In this document: positions 12,271 to 26,390 of the stretch, one piece after another
Layout: every line of letters starts with the position of its first letter
How positions within the stretch are numbered: the first letter of the stretch is position 1
Assembly: GCF_004010195.1 (NCBI RefSeq)
Contig: NC_057757.1
Location: forward strand, 4,952,416 to 5,014,415
Direction: 5' to 3'
Length of the DNA: 62,000 nt
DNA from: Chiloscyllium plagiosum
Lineage: Eukaryota
Position numbers and translations under genes: made by a program
Notes under the pieces: model-generated
Databases searched by the model: none
Told to the model about the DNA's origin: nothing
What the model saw: the letters and a program-made list of their open reading frames with translations, nothing else

Positions 12271-14481
12271 GACTCTGTTTTTCTTTCCTGTTAGTGCCTT
12301 TGGTCCTCCTCATTCCCTTGAACTTGTTCATTGCTGTTGGTCTCGTTTGAGTCAGATCTCTTTTTTTAGTTTTAAATTTTCCTCATAACAATTGTTGGAG
12401 TGTGCTCAATTTCTGTCAAGAATGTTTTTTTTGGGTGGTATCATTTTCTGAGCTCCAGTTCTGCTTGCTGCATACCTGCTTTGGTTTGCACCCTTTCTTA
12501 TTTCGAATTTTTATTTTATCTGTTCAATATTACATTCAGCTAAGTTATCTCTTATGGTGTAAAATTGGACAGGAAAGCTCTCCTGTTTCTCTTAGGATAG
12601 GGTATTTAATGCCCACATGAATAGGCAGAACATCAGGGCTGCTTGAAATTGGGTTTCACACCTCAAATGGGTTTGCAGTATCTGAGGCAGTAATGGCTGC
12701 CATTGTGTTTTGACTATGTAATGACAACTATGCCTTTGCTCTAACAAGTCTCCAGCTCTCACATCTCAGTGTTTGTAACAAGTTTCAAGCCTTTAATTGT
12801 GGTCAAGTGGGGAAAAACTTGAAGTCCTAGATAATTCAGAATTTTGTCTCAAATGTGCTTATGGTGCTGTAGCAGTTCCCTGACACTGTACTACATACAC
12901 TGCAAGGTGATGAAAAATAGATTAGTTAGTTGACATTCTCATGAAAATAAGGGACACTGAAGCAAAATTTTTTTCCACAGGCTTGGGAGGCTGGGACTAG
13001 AAAGAAAATTTAAAAATTAGAGCTCTCGAGCATAAAATTGAGAAGTTTGGATCTCTTAATTGTAAACGACATCAGATGCCAAACCAATTAATTTTGAATC
13101 TGAAGTTGATAGAATTTTTATAAAAAGCATTTGGGTCAATGGAGCTGAGTCATGGATCAGACATGGCGTGGCAGAACATACATGAGGCAATGGAGGGCTT
13201 CTGTATTACTTTTGAACTTGAGCGAGAGGTTAAAAGAAATCTTCTTTCTCCCCCTCACTGATAGCCTAAACATTCATGTTACTGTTGTAATTGAATCATA
13301 GAGTATTACAGCATGAAGATAGATCATTAAGCACCCATCCACTAATTCCATTTCCCAACACTGACCGACAGCCTTGTATGCTTTGGTGTTTCAAGTCTTC
13401 AATTAAATATGAAATTATTCCTGCTTCTGCCCCCTTTCAGGCAGAACACTCTAGATACCCACCACTCTCTAGGTGGCAAAAGTTCTCCTTAAATCCTCTC
13501 TAACCTCTAAGATACTGTCATAATGCAGGAAATCTTGCAACTGATTTATGCAAAGCAAGCTCTCTCAAAACTGTGAGATAATAGGTCAGAATTCTCTGTT
13601 CATTTGAAGGTTAAATTGACAGGTGGAAAGCCTCCAATCATGATCCTGGGGTATTAAGGTGCCCACCATGAGGACCTGTGGCAACCTCCAGCTTAAGAGG
13701 TCCTCTCCAAAACAGCACCTCTGACACCATGGCACCCCCTCAGCTGCGTGTTGAATTGCGAACCACAATTGTGTGCAAACATGGGTTGAACTCATCAATT
13801 TCAAATGAGGTGTGACTGCTATCAACCGACAAAGACTTCTGAAAAACTATTTCAGATGCCTGTACCACCTCTGCACTTGTCAAAGCCAGGAGGTCAAAGC
13901 TTCAGACTGCATGCTCATAATCTAGACTGTGAAAATGCAATATTGAAGGAGCTGCTGCCTTGTCGCAGTTTCCATGTTTAAAATGAAATGGTCAACCTTT
14001 CACGTTAACTTCAGTGATTCCAATGCATTACCAAAAGTGCAGATTGCCTAGCATCTTAATCAACCGTACTGAGTTAGATGACCCAGCCATTAACTAAATT
14101 GATAATTGTGCAATGTTGATGCTGCAAAATGGGTTGTAGCATTTGTCGTATACATAATTGCATTCTAAGACAATTTGTTGTATGTGAACAAATTTGTGTC
14201 CTCAGATCATCATTGAAATTTGCTGTCTATTTAAAACGTGACTGGGCCTGCAGTCAATTGCTTTGATTTGTGTGTGTTTTTTTTTCAACATAATCCTTTT
14301 CTAATTAACCATTTTCTGGCCTTGTGTACTTTTTATTTGGAAGCGAATTTACATTTTGCATATTTAAGGCTCCATTATTATTCATTCCGATCCCTCTACT
14401 AGAAATTTAACATTCGTGGTGGTATTTAAAACATGTCGCTCTGAATTCTGTTCTTTAGTTGTGTGTCAAGGATGTCCTCTA

Positions 14482-17400
14482 AGAGTCAGAGTCAGAGATG
14501 TACAGAGCCTTCGGTCCAACCCGTACATGCCGACCAGAGATCCCAACCCAATCTAGTCCCACCTGCCAGCACCCGGCCCATATACCTCCAAACCCTTCCT
14601 ATTCATTTACCCATCCAAATGCTTCTTAAAAGTTGCAATTGTACCAGCCTCCACCACTACCTCTGGCAGCTCATTCCATACACGTACCACCCTCTGTGTG
14701 AAAAAGTTGCGCCTTAGGTCCCTTTTATATCTTTCCCTTCTCACCCTAAACCTATGCCCTCTAGTTCTGGACTCCCTGACCCCAGGGAAAAGACTTTGTC
14801 TATTTATCCTATCCATGCCCCTCATGATTTTGTAAACCTCTAGAAGGTCACCCCTCAACCTCCGACGTTCCAGGGAAAACAGCCCCAGCCTGTTCAGCCC
14901 CTCCCTAGAGCTCAAATTCTCCGATCCTGGCAACATCCTTGTAAATCTTTTCTGAACCCTTTCAATCTTTCCGATAGGAAGGAGACCAGAATTGCACGCA
15001 ATATTCCAATAGTGGCCGAACCAATGTCTTGTACAGCCGCAACATGACGTTCCAACTCCTGTACTCCATACTCTGACCAATAAAGGAAAGCATTCCAAAT
15101 GCCACCTTCGCTATCTGCGACTCCACTTTCAAGGAGCTATGAATCTGCACTCCAAGGTCTCCTTGTTCAGCAACACTGCTGAGGACCTTGACATTAAGTG
15201 TATAAGTCCTGCTAAGATGTGCTTTCCCAAAATGCAGCACCTTGCATTTATCAGAATTAAACTTCATCTGCCACTTCTCAGCCCATTGGCCCATCTGGTC
15301 CAGATCCTGTTGTAATCTGAGGTAACCTTCTTCGCTGTCCACTACACCTCCAATTTTGGTGTCATCTGCAAACTTATTAACTGTACCTCTTATGCTCACA
15401 TCCAAATCATTTATGTACATGTCAAAACGTAGAGGACCCAGCACCGATCCTTGTGGCACTCCTCTGGTCACAGGCCTCCAGTCTGAAAAACAACCCTCCA
15501 CCACCATCTTCTGTCTTCTACCTTTGGGCCAGTTCTGTATCCAAATGGCTAGTTCTCCCTGTATTCCGTGAGATCTAACCTTGCTAACCAGTCTCCCATG
15601 GGCAACCTTGTCGAACACCTTACTGAAGTCCATATAGCTCACATCTACCGCTCTGCCCTCATCAATCTTTGTTACTTCTTCAAAAAACTCAATCAAGTTT
15701 GTCAGACATGATTTCCCATGCACAAAGCTATGTTGACTATCCCTAATCAGTCCTTGCCTTTCCAAATACATGTACATCCTGTTCCTCAGGATTCCCTCCA
15801 ACAATTTGCCCACCAGCGACGTCAGGCTCACTGGTCTATAGTTCCCTTGCTTGTCCTTACCACCATTCTTAAACAGTGGCACCATGTTAGCCAACCTCCA
15901 ACATCTTCCAGCACCTCACCTGGGACTATCGATGATACAAGTATCTCAGCAAGGGTCCCAGCAATCACTAGCTTCCCACAATTCTAGGGTACACCTGATC
16001 AGGTCTTGGGGATTTATCCACCTTTATGCGTTCCAAGACATCCGGCACTTCCTCCTCTGTGATATGGACATTTTACAAGGAGTCACCATCTATTTCCCTA
16101 CAGTCTATATCTTCCATATCCTTTTCCACAGTAAATACTGGTGCAAAATACTTGTTTAGTATTTCCTTCATTTTTTGTGGCTCCGCACAAAGGCTGTCTT
16201 GCTGATCTTTGAGGGGCCCTATTCTCTCCCTAGTTACCCTTTTGTCCTTAATGTATTTGTAAAACCCCTTTGGATTATCCTTAATTCTATTTGTCAAAGT
16301 TTTCTCATGTCCCCTTTTTGCCCTCCTGGTTTCTCTCTTAAGTATACTCCCACTGCCTTTATACCCTTCTAAGGATTCACTCGATCTATCTGTCTATATC
16401 GTACATATGCTTCCTCCTTTTTCTTAACCAAACCCTCAGTTTCTTTAGTCACCCGGCATTCCCTATACCTACCAGCCTTTCCTTTCACCCTGACAGGAAT
16501 ATACTTTCTATGGATTCTCGTTATCACATTTCTAAAGGCTTCTCATTTTTCAACCGTCCTTTTACCTGCGAACATCTGACTCCAATCAGCTTTCGAAAGT
16601 TCTTGCCTAATACTGTCAAAATTAACCTTTCTCCAATTTAGAACTTCAACTTTTAGATCTGGTCTATCCTCTTCCATCACTATTTTAAATCTAATGGAAT
16701 TATGGTCGCTGGCCCCAAGGTGCTCCCCCACTGATACCTCAGTCACCTACCCTGCCTTATTTCCCAAGGCTCGGTCCAAGTTTTGCACCTTCTCTAGTAG
16801 GTACATCCACATACTGAATGAGAAAATTTTCTTGTACACAATTAACAAATTCCTCTCCATCTAAACCCTCAACACTCTGGCAGTCCCAGTCTATGTTTGG
16901 AAAGTTAAAATCCTCTACCAAAACCACCCTATTATTCTTAGATAGCTGAGATCTCCTTACAAGTTTGTTTCTCAATTTCCCTCTGACTATTAGGGGGTCT
17001 ATAATTCAATCCCAATAAGGTGATCGTCCCTTTCTTATTTCCCTGGATGTATTTCCAGGAATATCCTCCCTCAGCACAGCTGTAATGCTATCCCTTATCA
17101 AAAACGCCACTCCCCCTCCTCTCTTGTCTCCCTTTCTATCCTTCCTGTAGCATTTGTATCCTGGAACATTAAGCTGCCAGTCCGGCCCATGCCTGAGCCA
17201 TGTTTCTGTAATTGCTATGATATCCCAGTTCCATGTTCCTAACCATGCCCTGAGTTCACCCGTTTTCCCTGTTTGGCCCCTTGCATTGAAATAAATGCAG
17301 TTTAATTTATTAGTCTCTGCCTGCCCTGACTATTTAACTCTCTTCTGTTCTCAACTGTACCAGATTGATCTCTTCCCTCACAATCTCCCTGCCAGTATAT

Positions 17401-17561
17401 TCGTCCCCTTCCAATTTAGGTGCAATCCGTCCTTGTACAGGTCACTTCTACCCCAAAAGAGATTCCAATGATCCAAAAATGTGAATCCTTCTCCCATACA
17501 CCAGCTCCTCAGCCATGCATTCATCTGCTCTATCCTCCCAATCCTGCCCACACTAGCTCGC
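14482..17561 (-). mobile_element. 5'-truncated, frameshifted CR1/HER1-type LINE (~3.1 kb): ORF1 esterase remnant, APE endonuclease, reverse transcriptase, 3' tail
   Basis: ORF 14962..15894 has NYRPVSLTS, GVPQGSVLGP and FADD. ORFs 16543..16975 carry DFNFPNIDW and SDHN. 17395-17535 (-) reads NAWLRSWCMGEGFTFLDHWNLFWGRSDLYKDGLHLN. Confidence 0.97.
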
Positions 17562-17954
17562 CAGAACTCTCTGCTTCATTTTAATCTGGTATGCCGTGGT
17601 AGATTTCTAGGTTTCTTTTTTGTGACTGATAATCAGGTTTTCAAAGAGGAAAACATTCTTTCTGCTGATGTAAATTAGAAACCAAGAAACCTTTCCTTTT
17701 CTGTAGATATGTTTTGCATATGAGATTGGTGCACAAAGTCATTCATGGTCATTTCATGTATATGTTTCTGGCATTCTCCTGGAAGCAGAAAAGGTTGAAA
17801 TGATTTGTCACAAATGTTTAAAATTATAAAGGTTTTGGATTGAGTAAATCAGGAAAAACATTCTGGTGGCCTACTGGTTTGCATTCAAAGACAAAACATG
17901 TTTGCAGAGTGGCTAGACAGAGTTTAGAGTGCACTGTCTGTTATGGAGAAGAGA

Positions 17955-18543
17955 AATAGATAGAAAAATACAGCAAAGAACAGGCCCTTTGGCCCACGAT
18001 GTTGTGCTGAGGTTAATCCTAATGTAAAATATAGTAACTAACCTACGCGCCCCCTCAACTCACTGCCATCCATGTGCATGTCCACAGTCGCTTAAGTGTC
18101 CCCAATGACTCTGCTTCCAGCACCACCACTGGCAATGCATTCCATGCATTCACGACTCTGTGCGTAAAGAACCTACCTCTGATGTCTCCTTTATACCTTC
18201 CTCCTTATATCTTCAAACAATGACTCCTCGTACCAGTCAGTCCTGCCCTTGGGAAAAGTCTCTGGCTATTGGCTCTGTGTTCCGCTCATTATCTTGTATA
18301 CCTCGATCAGGTCTCCTCTCTTCTTCCTCCTCTCCAGAGAGAAAAGTCCGAGTTTATTCATAAGACAAGCCCTCCAGTCCAGGCAGCACCCTGGTAAACC
18401 TTCTTTGCACCCATTCCAAAACCTCTGTACCTTTCCTATAGTAGGGCGACCAGAACTGGACACAATATTCCAAGTGTGCAAAACCTCGCAGCTCTTGAAC
18501 TTGATCCCCATGTTAATGAAAGCCAAAACACCATATGTTGCCA
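17955..18543 (-). mobile_element. CR1-type LINE 3' fragment, second subfamily
   Basis: ORF 18266..18583 (LGLFSLERRKKRGDLIEVYKIM); 3' UTR differs from the 14482 copy. Confidence 0.9.
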
Positions 18544-19037
18544 ATCCTTTTGTTTTGAATTCCTTCCACATCTTCCAAACCAATGATGATTACCACCAAG
18601 AAGGACAGCCACCACCAGCAATATCTCCTCCAATCTGCATCCTAATTTGAAACTGTGTTGCTGCTCCTTTGTTATTGCTGGATCAAAATAGAGGATCTCC
18701 TTCCCTAACAATGTTGCATGTACCCACAGAGTATAAACTGCAGTAATTCAAGAAGGGAGCTCACTACAGCATTCTCAAGGCTAGTTGGGAGTATGCAGTG
18801 ATCCCCACAACCCATGAATGAAATTTAGGAAAATTGCTTATCAGAGCAATTGGATTAATGCAAAATTTGTATACCGCTGGAGAAAAGAATGTTGTATGAT
18901 TGTTTGTTTGAAATTTGTCACTTCTATATTCGTCCTGGTGAGTGCAAGGCACAATTTGCAACATGTTCCCCTCTCTTCACCAATGCCAATGTAAAACAGA
19001 ACAATTTCTTTTCAAAGAAGAACTTGGAAGGTGAAAG

Positions 19038-19338
19038 GGTGGGTGGCAGTGGTTAGCACTGCTGCCTCAGCGCCAGAGACCCGGGTTCAATTCCCGCCTC
19101 AGGCGACATTGACTATGTGGAGTTTGCACGTTCTCCCCATGTCTGTTTGGGTTTTCCCCCGGGTGCACTGGTTTCCTCCCACAGTCCAAAAATGTGCAGG
19201 TTAGGTGAATTGGCCACCTAATATTAGGTGACGGGGTAAATGTAGGAGAATGGGTCTGGGTGGGTTACGCTTCGGCGGATCGGTGTGGACTTGTTGGGCC
19301 GAAGGGCCTGTTTCCACACTGTAAGTAATCTAATCTAA
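19038..19338 (+). mobile_element. HE1-type tRNA-derived V-SINE
   Basis: A/B boxes (tggttagc...gggttcaattccc), V-domain (gtggagtttgcacgttctcccc), CR1-like 3' end, (aatct)n tail. Confidence 0.93.
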
Positions 19339-20298
19339 GATGGCTGGGATGGCTAGCATAAGAGCTGGCAAGTGAAAGACCTGATGCAGAGCCAATAGAC
19401 TGGCTTCCTTCTACTTTGATATGATCCCTGGACTGGATTTGCAGCAAGATGAGAAATTAAGGCTATTGCAGTAGTGGGTTTTTTTTTGTATTTTCAATGG
19501 CGCAGGGTGTCTTCTGAATTGCCCCTGTGAAGGGTGCATGCTTTATTGTACATCAAAGCTGAACTTTAACACTTCTTTAGCATTGGAGCCTGGACAGTGG
19601 TGCATTGGTGCAGTAAACACGTTGACATTCTCTTTGAAGGCTCAGGTTATCAATCATAGGCTGATTTAGGTCATGCACCATATCATTTTCTTAACAAAAG
19701 AAGCTAACTTGTTTTTCTATGCACCATTTCAGTGCCACAACAACTTGAGGCTAGTTTTTTTTCAATAATGAAAATAATAGAAGGATGAGAATCTGCCATT
19801 GAACCCCATTGTTGTGTCATGAATAATGGTAGGTCATCTCTTGGCTTGAATGCATATGTTCTTAAGAAACAACTAGCAACTGTGGAAAGCAGGGGGAATT
19901 CAAGTGAGAAGGCCTTTAAAAGCAAAATCAATTATTACATTTTGTTTTCAAACTTTTATTTAAAAAAAGAGAACCTGCCTGAATACATTTCCCTTCCATG
20001 ACCTCCATTTTCACACTGACTCAGTAACTGCACATACATTAACGTGCTACTGTGTTGTCATTTTGGGTGCCAATGATGCTGTATTTAGTGACAACAGTGC
20101 CATAACATTGTTCTGTGGAAGATGGCACATTTTTTATTCATCATTCTTTAAAAATTGAGCATCTACTGCAGAAGTGCTCTGTATACAAAGTGTTCAGTTA
20201 ATACGTGAAAGCAGGCTATTAATGAAAAACTTCCATATCAGAAGCATGCCATACATCTACTGCATGTTTTCTCACAAAAGTGACTTTCGTTTAACATG

Positions 20299-20502
20299 GA
20301 GAAAATGAGGACTGCAGATGCTGGAGATCAGAGCTGAAAATGTGTTGCTGGAAAAACACAGCAGGTCAGGCAGCATCCAAGAAACAGGAAAATCGAAGTT
20401 TCGGGCATGAGCCCTTCTTCAGGGCTCATGCCTGAAACGTCGATTCTCCTGTTCCTTGGATGCTGCCTGACCTGCTGTGCTTTTCCAGCAACACATTTTC
20501 AG
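20299..20502. mobile_element. palindromic Penelope-derived mini-element (family A), copy 1
   Basis: ~84 bp arms spanning 20332-20504. TSD ctttcgtttaac(a/g)tg at 20284-20298 and 20503-20517. Confidence 0.9.
20395..20423 (-). ncRNA. minimal hammerhead ribozyme-like motif (family A)
   Basis: Minus strand: C-CUGAAGA-A-GGGC-UCAU-GCCC-GAAA-C-UUC; sister copies end in C-GUC. Confidence 0.6.
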
Positions 20503-20799
20503 CTTTCGTTTAACGTGCTTTTTTTTCCCAGATCACATTGAGTGTGAAACAAGGGATAGCTCTACGTCATGTCTTACTGACTTGCACGCAAGTCTTTAAA
20601 CACTAATGGAATATTATTAGCTTGAAGTAGTTTGGACAACACAAAGGATGTACATTCAAAGCCTCTTTGTATTATGTTTAGAGTACCTCTGAAAGCTTGT
20701 GTTGAGTTTAGATAACACTAAAGGTAAATTGCAAAAAATCCTGCATTATTAATTTAGCAGTTTTCTTTGAAATCTTGTCAATCTTGAGCCTGCTTAGCC

Positions 20800-21260
20800 A
20801 TTCAGTCAGGTTACAGCCAATCTGAATACTTCATATTCTGACCTACCTCCTTTCAGCTCTTGCTTATTAAGGATCAATCCACCTGTACCTTAAAAATATT
20901 CAAGGACTCTGCTTCAACCACCTCTTGAGAAAGAGAGTTTCAAAGACTTATAACCCTCAGGAAAAAAAAATGTTTTTATCGCCTTTCTTAAATAGGTAAC
21001 TCCTTACATTTAAACAGTGACCCCAAATTCTAGATTCTTCCATATGAGGAAGCATGCATTCCACATCTTCCCAAGGCCCCTCATGATCTTATATTTTCAT
21101 CATGTTGCCTTTTACTCTTCTAAAGTCCAATGGAAGCAAGTCTAATCTGTTCAATGTTTATTTGTAAGACAGCCATCCATTCCCAATATTCATTTAACAT
21201 ACATTTACATTCGTCATAATCTAGCAGACCAGTGTAGTACACAGTACTCCAAATGTCTTA
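20800..21260 (-). mobile_element. old CR1-type LINE 3' fragment
   Basis: gagagtttcaaagact...ttaaacagtgacccc..ttctagattct...acacagtactccaaatgt; similar old fragments at ~33985-34330 and ~37320-37660. Confidence 0.6.
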
Positions 21261-23722
21261 TCAGCATGGAACATGCAGCTGCTTTTCCTTGTCTTGGTTT
21301 GGTATTGCCATAATACAATCAGCTCTCAGGCCTGATTGCTGCTTTCAACAGAGCCAGAGAACTGGTCTATGGGGAAATAAGCAACACTTCCTACTCCTCA
21401 ACTCCCTAGCCTCCTCATCTCCCCATATCAGGCGCTCTCAAAACGACTCTCTTCTCCTCACGAATTCTCTCAGTCTGAAGCACTGAGGACTTATGTTCAA
21501 GAACCACCCCAACAACTGGTGAAAGTTAGTTCATAAAATTGAAATGTAAAGCTTGCCTCCAGATCTGGTCATCAAGATTTGTAAAGGCGATCCTCATTGT
21601 CAGAAGCAATATCACCTAACACATAAAGGTGGAAATATGCTTTTCTTACCCAATCTGGCCTACATGTGAATTCAGACCCACAACAATATAGCGGGCTCTT
21701 AACTGCTCTCTGAAATGGCCTCAGAAGCCACAAGGACTGACAACACGTGCTGGCCTTGTCAACATTGGCAACATACCATTAAAGAATTAAAAACCAAGAG
21801 TTGGTCATGTAATGCAGGAAAATAACAGTAAATGTAAGTCCTTCTCTTAGGGAAAAGAGTTCTAGCTTAAAGAAGAAATCCTGCAATGTCACAAACATCA
21901 TGGATTTCCCTCCTATCATTAAAGCTCTCCTTGTTAAAAAAGCCCCTTTTAAAAGTCTCTCTTAGATGCAAGGCAAAGCAAGTTGAGTGAATTCCCAAGT
22001 GATACTGATTCAGCTGCTATTTAAAAATGGACTTCTAAATCACATTTGTTTTGGAATGTAATTCCTTATTCCTGAGAGCAAGGTGTTATTTCTTGTCTCT
22101 AACCTCGTTTGAAGCTTGTGAATTTTGTCGTCCTGCAATCTCCATCCAAGTTAAATAGCTTGTTTATTGTAACCACCTCCATTTGGCTGTTATTTTATTG
22201 CTGGCAATGGTGCAGCTGTGTGCTGGGGCCCCACTTGTCTTGTTACTGAAGTTCATGTGGCAATAAATTCCAGTGTAGTATGAATCACTGCACAATCATG
22301 TAGACTGACATATTATAAAGGAAGTTTAAATGAAGACTGTTGAAAAATGGAATTAGCCAGATTGTGTTGGCAATGATATTTGTAGAATTGTGCAAGCTTT
22401 CCAACAGTTTGTGACTCATGACAAATGTCAATTTGAGGTACATTAAGCATGTTAACTCACTATTTCTGTTCCCAATAAGACTATTGCCCCCTTCTAAGGA
22501 AGTAATTTTACCACTAAACCTTTTTTTTATCCGTAGATGGTAAATCTCAGAGATTAAAATAAACTCCTGAGGGCAGCATTGCTGCTTAGTTGTCTTGAAG
22601 TGAATTATGAAACAGTACACAGTGTGTCCCAGGGCCATACTTAAATTGGAAAAATGACGAGAGGTCTGGGGGATGGACAAAAGGTTTTTTTCCTCCTGTC
22701 TAAAAATGGGAGTCTGCTTTTTTATATTTTATGCGGATTTGGGATTGGATTAGCCAATACGCCCTGCCCTTTTCTCTTCCCTTTTGATTCCCAGAATACA
22801 ACTATTCTGGTTAAAACAATGTGCATGGTTTGAATTGGTGCAGTAAGCCAAAGTTGCAACGTATCACAAAACTGTTTGTTGGGCAGTGCACACAGCGTGA
22901 ATGGGGAGTGTCTTGGCAGGTTCGGACTTGGAAAAGGCCAAGGACATCCTGTTCAGTAACGTAGTTAACTGTTAGAGAAGCTTTGTATTGCAGCTGGCAG
23001 CCTCTGCTTCTGCCAGGTGGTACTTGTCTTTTTCTGAAGCTTTCTCTTCCCCCGCAGATGGGGTCAAACGCAGCAACAGATGCTGTTGCACAATTTTCCT
23101 TGCCTGCCTGGCAAACTTAATTTGGCGAGACTCCCTTCAAGTTTCCTAATAAGACAACAGCCGGAAATCATCAAACACTTGTTTGCAGTTCCAATTCCCC
23201 CCAGTCAGTTTGTTTAGAATTTTTTTATCTGAAAGGGAAACCAGATAGATCCAGAGAGCCTCCAATCATATCTGCAGTCAGTGCTGAGTTCACAGATCTC
23301 AGCTGGTGGTACGTTTGTGTGGCGTTTGGCACTGGTCTGGCTGGCATAGGGTAAAAGTGATTTTGGCCAGGGTCCATCCTATTGGCTGTAACCCACTGAC
23401 CCACACAAATGTGCAGATCTTGGGTGCCCCTGAACAGACCATCACAAAGCATGATTGCTGTAGAAAAGCACCAAAATCCAGTGCCTCTGTCCTATAGAAC
23501 TGACCACAATCCAGAAATGCCAGGCAAACAGTCAAAAGCAATAGCAACAAAAGTTATTTTCCCTTGTGTCAGTTTCATTTCAAACATCTGCCAGTCAATT
23601 CTCTTATTGTGCGGTGTTTTTTTGCCACTCTAACATCAGGTCGACACAGCAAAGGAAAGCTCTCTGTGATGTCCTGTTTGTATTTGTTGATGCGGAGAGC
23701 GATTATTCCTCTAACTCAGTCA

Positions 23723-23950
23723 CGAGCTGAAAAATGTGTTGCTGGAAAAGCGCAGCAGGTCAGGCAGCATCCAAGGAGCAGGAGAATCGACGATTCGGGC
23801 ATATGCCCTTCTTCAGGAATCATTCCTGAAGGAGGGCTTATGCACGAAACGTCAATTCTCCTGCTCCTTGGATGCTGCCTGACCTACTGCGCTTTTCCAG
23901 CAACACATTTTTCAGCTTTGATCTCCAGCATCTGCAGTCCTCACTTTCTC
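23723..23950. mobile_element. palindromic Penelope-derived mini-element (family A), copy 2, opposite orientation
   Basis: ~96 bp arms centred at 23821. TSD cctct(a/g)actcagtca at 23708-23722 and 23950-23964. Confidence 0.9.
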
Positions 23951-24509
23951 CTCTGACTCAGTCAGCACTAATGAGTACAGAACTAGTCATGGTTACCAGC
24001 AGCACAGAAAAAGTGTCAGGGCTCTCCCACTGCTGCATGCAACTGCAGAATTACATCAGTTGCATTCTGATCCGGGAACCAGTTTACCTTCGGAGGGTTA
24101 GTCTGAACTTGTTGGACTGAAGGGCCTGTTTCCAGACTGTAGGGATTCTATGATTCTGTGGTGGAAGTTAAATTTTAGTGGGGCGATTGACTGAATATCT
24201 GAGTACACAGCATGGTGATTTTAGAATTGTATGCTTATTCACGTGATCGTGATGCTACTGTGCACACACAGTCCCACTATCTGGGTCAAGTCTGTATATC
24301 ATCTAACATTATCAAAATAGCTTCGCAGATCATCTGCCTCCTTGCTATTTGTTAGACCTCGCCAGAGGTAAATTTAGTTTGTTTTTAACGACAGAATACA
24401 GTGCAACACTTCACTAGCTGGGCCTTTGAATGTGAGGTCCTAGAAGGCACGTATAAAAGCATGCCTTTCTTCCGCACAAAGAGGGTGTGAACAAATCATG
24501 ACTGTTCAG

Positions 24510-25450
24510 TTGCTAAATTTGCTGATAGCACAAAGGTATGTTGGAAGATACACTGTGAAGTGGTCAAAATTAATTTGCAAAAGGATACGGATGATTTGTG
24601 AATGGGCAAAAGTTTGGCAGTTGGAGTATGACCTGGAGAAATGTGATTTGGCAGGAAGAATCAAAAAGCCGCATGTTATATAAATGGAGAGTGTTTGTAA
24701 ACCTCTGAGCTACAGGTGGATCCATGAATTGCAAAGTTAATGCACAGATATAGTGAGTGATTTAATAGGCAAATTGGATCTTGTCATTTATTGCATGATA
24801 AATGGGATATACCCAGAGGACATTTGCACAAGGCATTGTTGTTGCCATATTTGGAGAACTGTACTGTTTTGGTCCCTTTTTAAGAAAGGATATAAATGCT
24901 GATATCTAGGAAAGGCAGGATCCTGCCTGAGGAAGAAGTCAGGCAGGCTGGGCCTGTGCCCTTAGGAACTAAGAAGAATGGGAAGTCATAGTCAAAGATG
25001 TACAGCATGGAAACAGACCCTTTGGTCCAACCCGTCCACGCCGACCAGATATCCCAACCAATCTAGTCCCACCTGCCAACACCCGGCCCATATCCCTCCA
25101 AACCCTTCCTACTCCTATACGCTTGTTGAACTTATAAGATCTTGAGGGGACTTGACAGAGTCGATGCTGAACGGATGTTTGCTTGCTCTTGTAGGGAGGA
25201 TAGAAGAAGAAAATGCAATTTAACAGTAATTTGAAACACATTTTGAGATTCTTGAATCTTTGGAACTCGCTTATCCAGAGATGGAGCCATTTTTATTGTA
25301 TTAAAGGCAGAGGCAGATTCTTGAGTAACAGGGGAGTCTAAGGTTATCAGTGCTGGTGCAAAAATGAAGTTGCGACCTGATCTTACTGAATTGTGAATGA
25401 GTCTTGAGCAGCCGGATGGCCTACTCTTGTTCCTAATTCCTGTGTTCATA
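24510..25450 (+). mobile_element. old CR1-type LINE fragment interrupted by a young minus-strand CR1 3' tip (~24985-25113)
   Basis: KFAD remnant at ~24515-24527; ORF 24498..24683 (CEWAKVWQLEY); inserted gatgtacagcatggaaacagaccc...aaacccttccta. Confidence 0.75.
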
Positions 25451-26390
25451 AGACTGCATGTTGATCGGTATTATGAAGAAAATATTATTATGACCTTCTT
25501 ACAGGCATTCTCCTGTTCCACTGGAAAGGTTTGACTTGCTTTGGATTTTGGTGGAGCTGCCACCTTGAAGCTCTGTTGCCTCCTCTCAGTGTGATGAGCC
25601 TTTTGCTGAGTGCATTTGATTCAACATAGCTGTCCCTGAGAGTGTTCAGCTTGTGCAGGTACTGATGCAGTAAGCTCAGCTTGGGCTTGAATAAGTCCTG
25701 GGGTCTTATCATTTCTTATCTTTGTTTTGTTTTTTCTGCTGGTTTTTAACTGGAAACCTTAACCTGATATTTTGAGGGAGGGGAGAATGTAATAGAAACA
25801 AAAGATTGCTTAATTTGAAATTCCTGGTGAGAACCAAAGTTCACTTCTCTTAGCTTTTATCTAGTTTACTGTGTACAGGAAGCTGATTGTAAACATTTCC
25901 TGAAAAGGTGTTTGTTTTCTGATCAAAATCCCTAAAACACTTTGATCCATTCAGCACACCAGATTCAGATACACAGTGTAGAGTTTTGCGATGTGTATGT
26001 GAAGGAATGCATACAAGTTATTTTCCTTCCTGCACAGTTTCCTGCTTTGTGCTGTGATCTATCCACTGAGAGGATGGCTTTGCTGAAAAGTGTGCTGCCT
26101 TTTCTTTGTTGTTAAGAGATGGGAGTTCTTGTCCTTCCGGTGTCAACTTGGCTTCATTAAATGTACTTCTGAACATAAAGGTGACCATTCAGCCCATGGA
26201 GGCTGTATATTTTGAATAATCCAGTTAGTCCCTTCTTCTGCTTTTTTTCCTTCTTTGTAGGTCTGCAAATGTCTTCTCTCCCAGTGTTTATCCAATTCAC
26301 TTATCGAACGTAACTTTTCATTCAACTCACCACCATTCAGAAAGTATATTCCAGATAACAGAAACTTTCATTTGGATTTTATCCTCTCGT

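Noticed and set aside
14962..15894. 310-aa reverse transcriptase ORF as a host gene or retron-like system
   Set aside because: It is a frameshifted piece of CR1 ORF2 whose 3' end recurs several times in the window.
19038..19110. tRNA-like A/B boxes here and at 50103 and 58006
   Set aside because: They are SINE heads; no complete cloverleaf, and each continues into the V-domain.
20299..20502. Palindromes as DNA-transposon MITEs or bona fide miRNA genes
   Set aside because: The one-sided tail, 14-16 bp TSDs and identity with the terminus of GIY-YIG-bearing elements indicate Penelope origin. Stems are longer and more perfect than typical pre-miRNAs.
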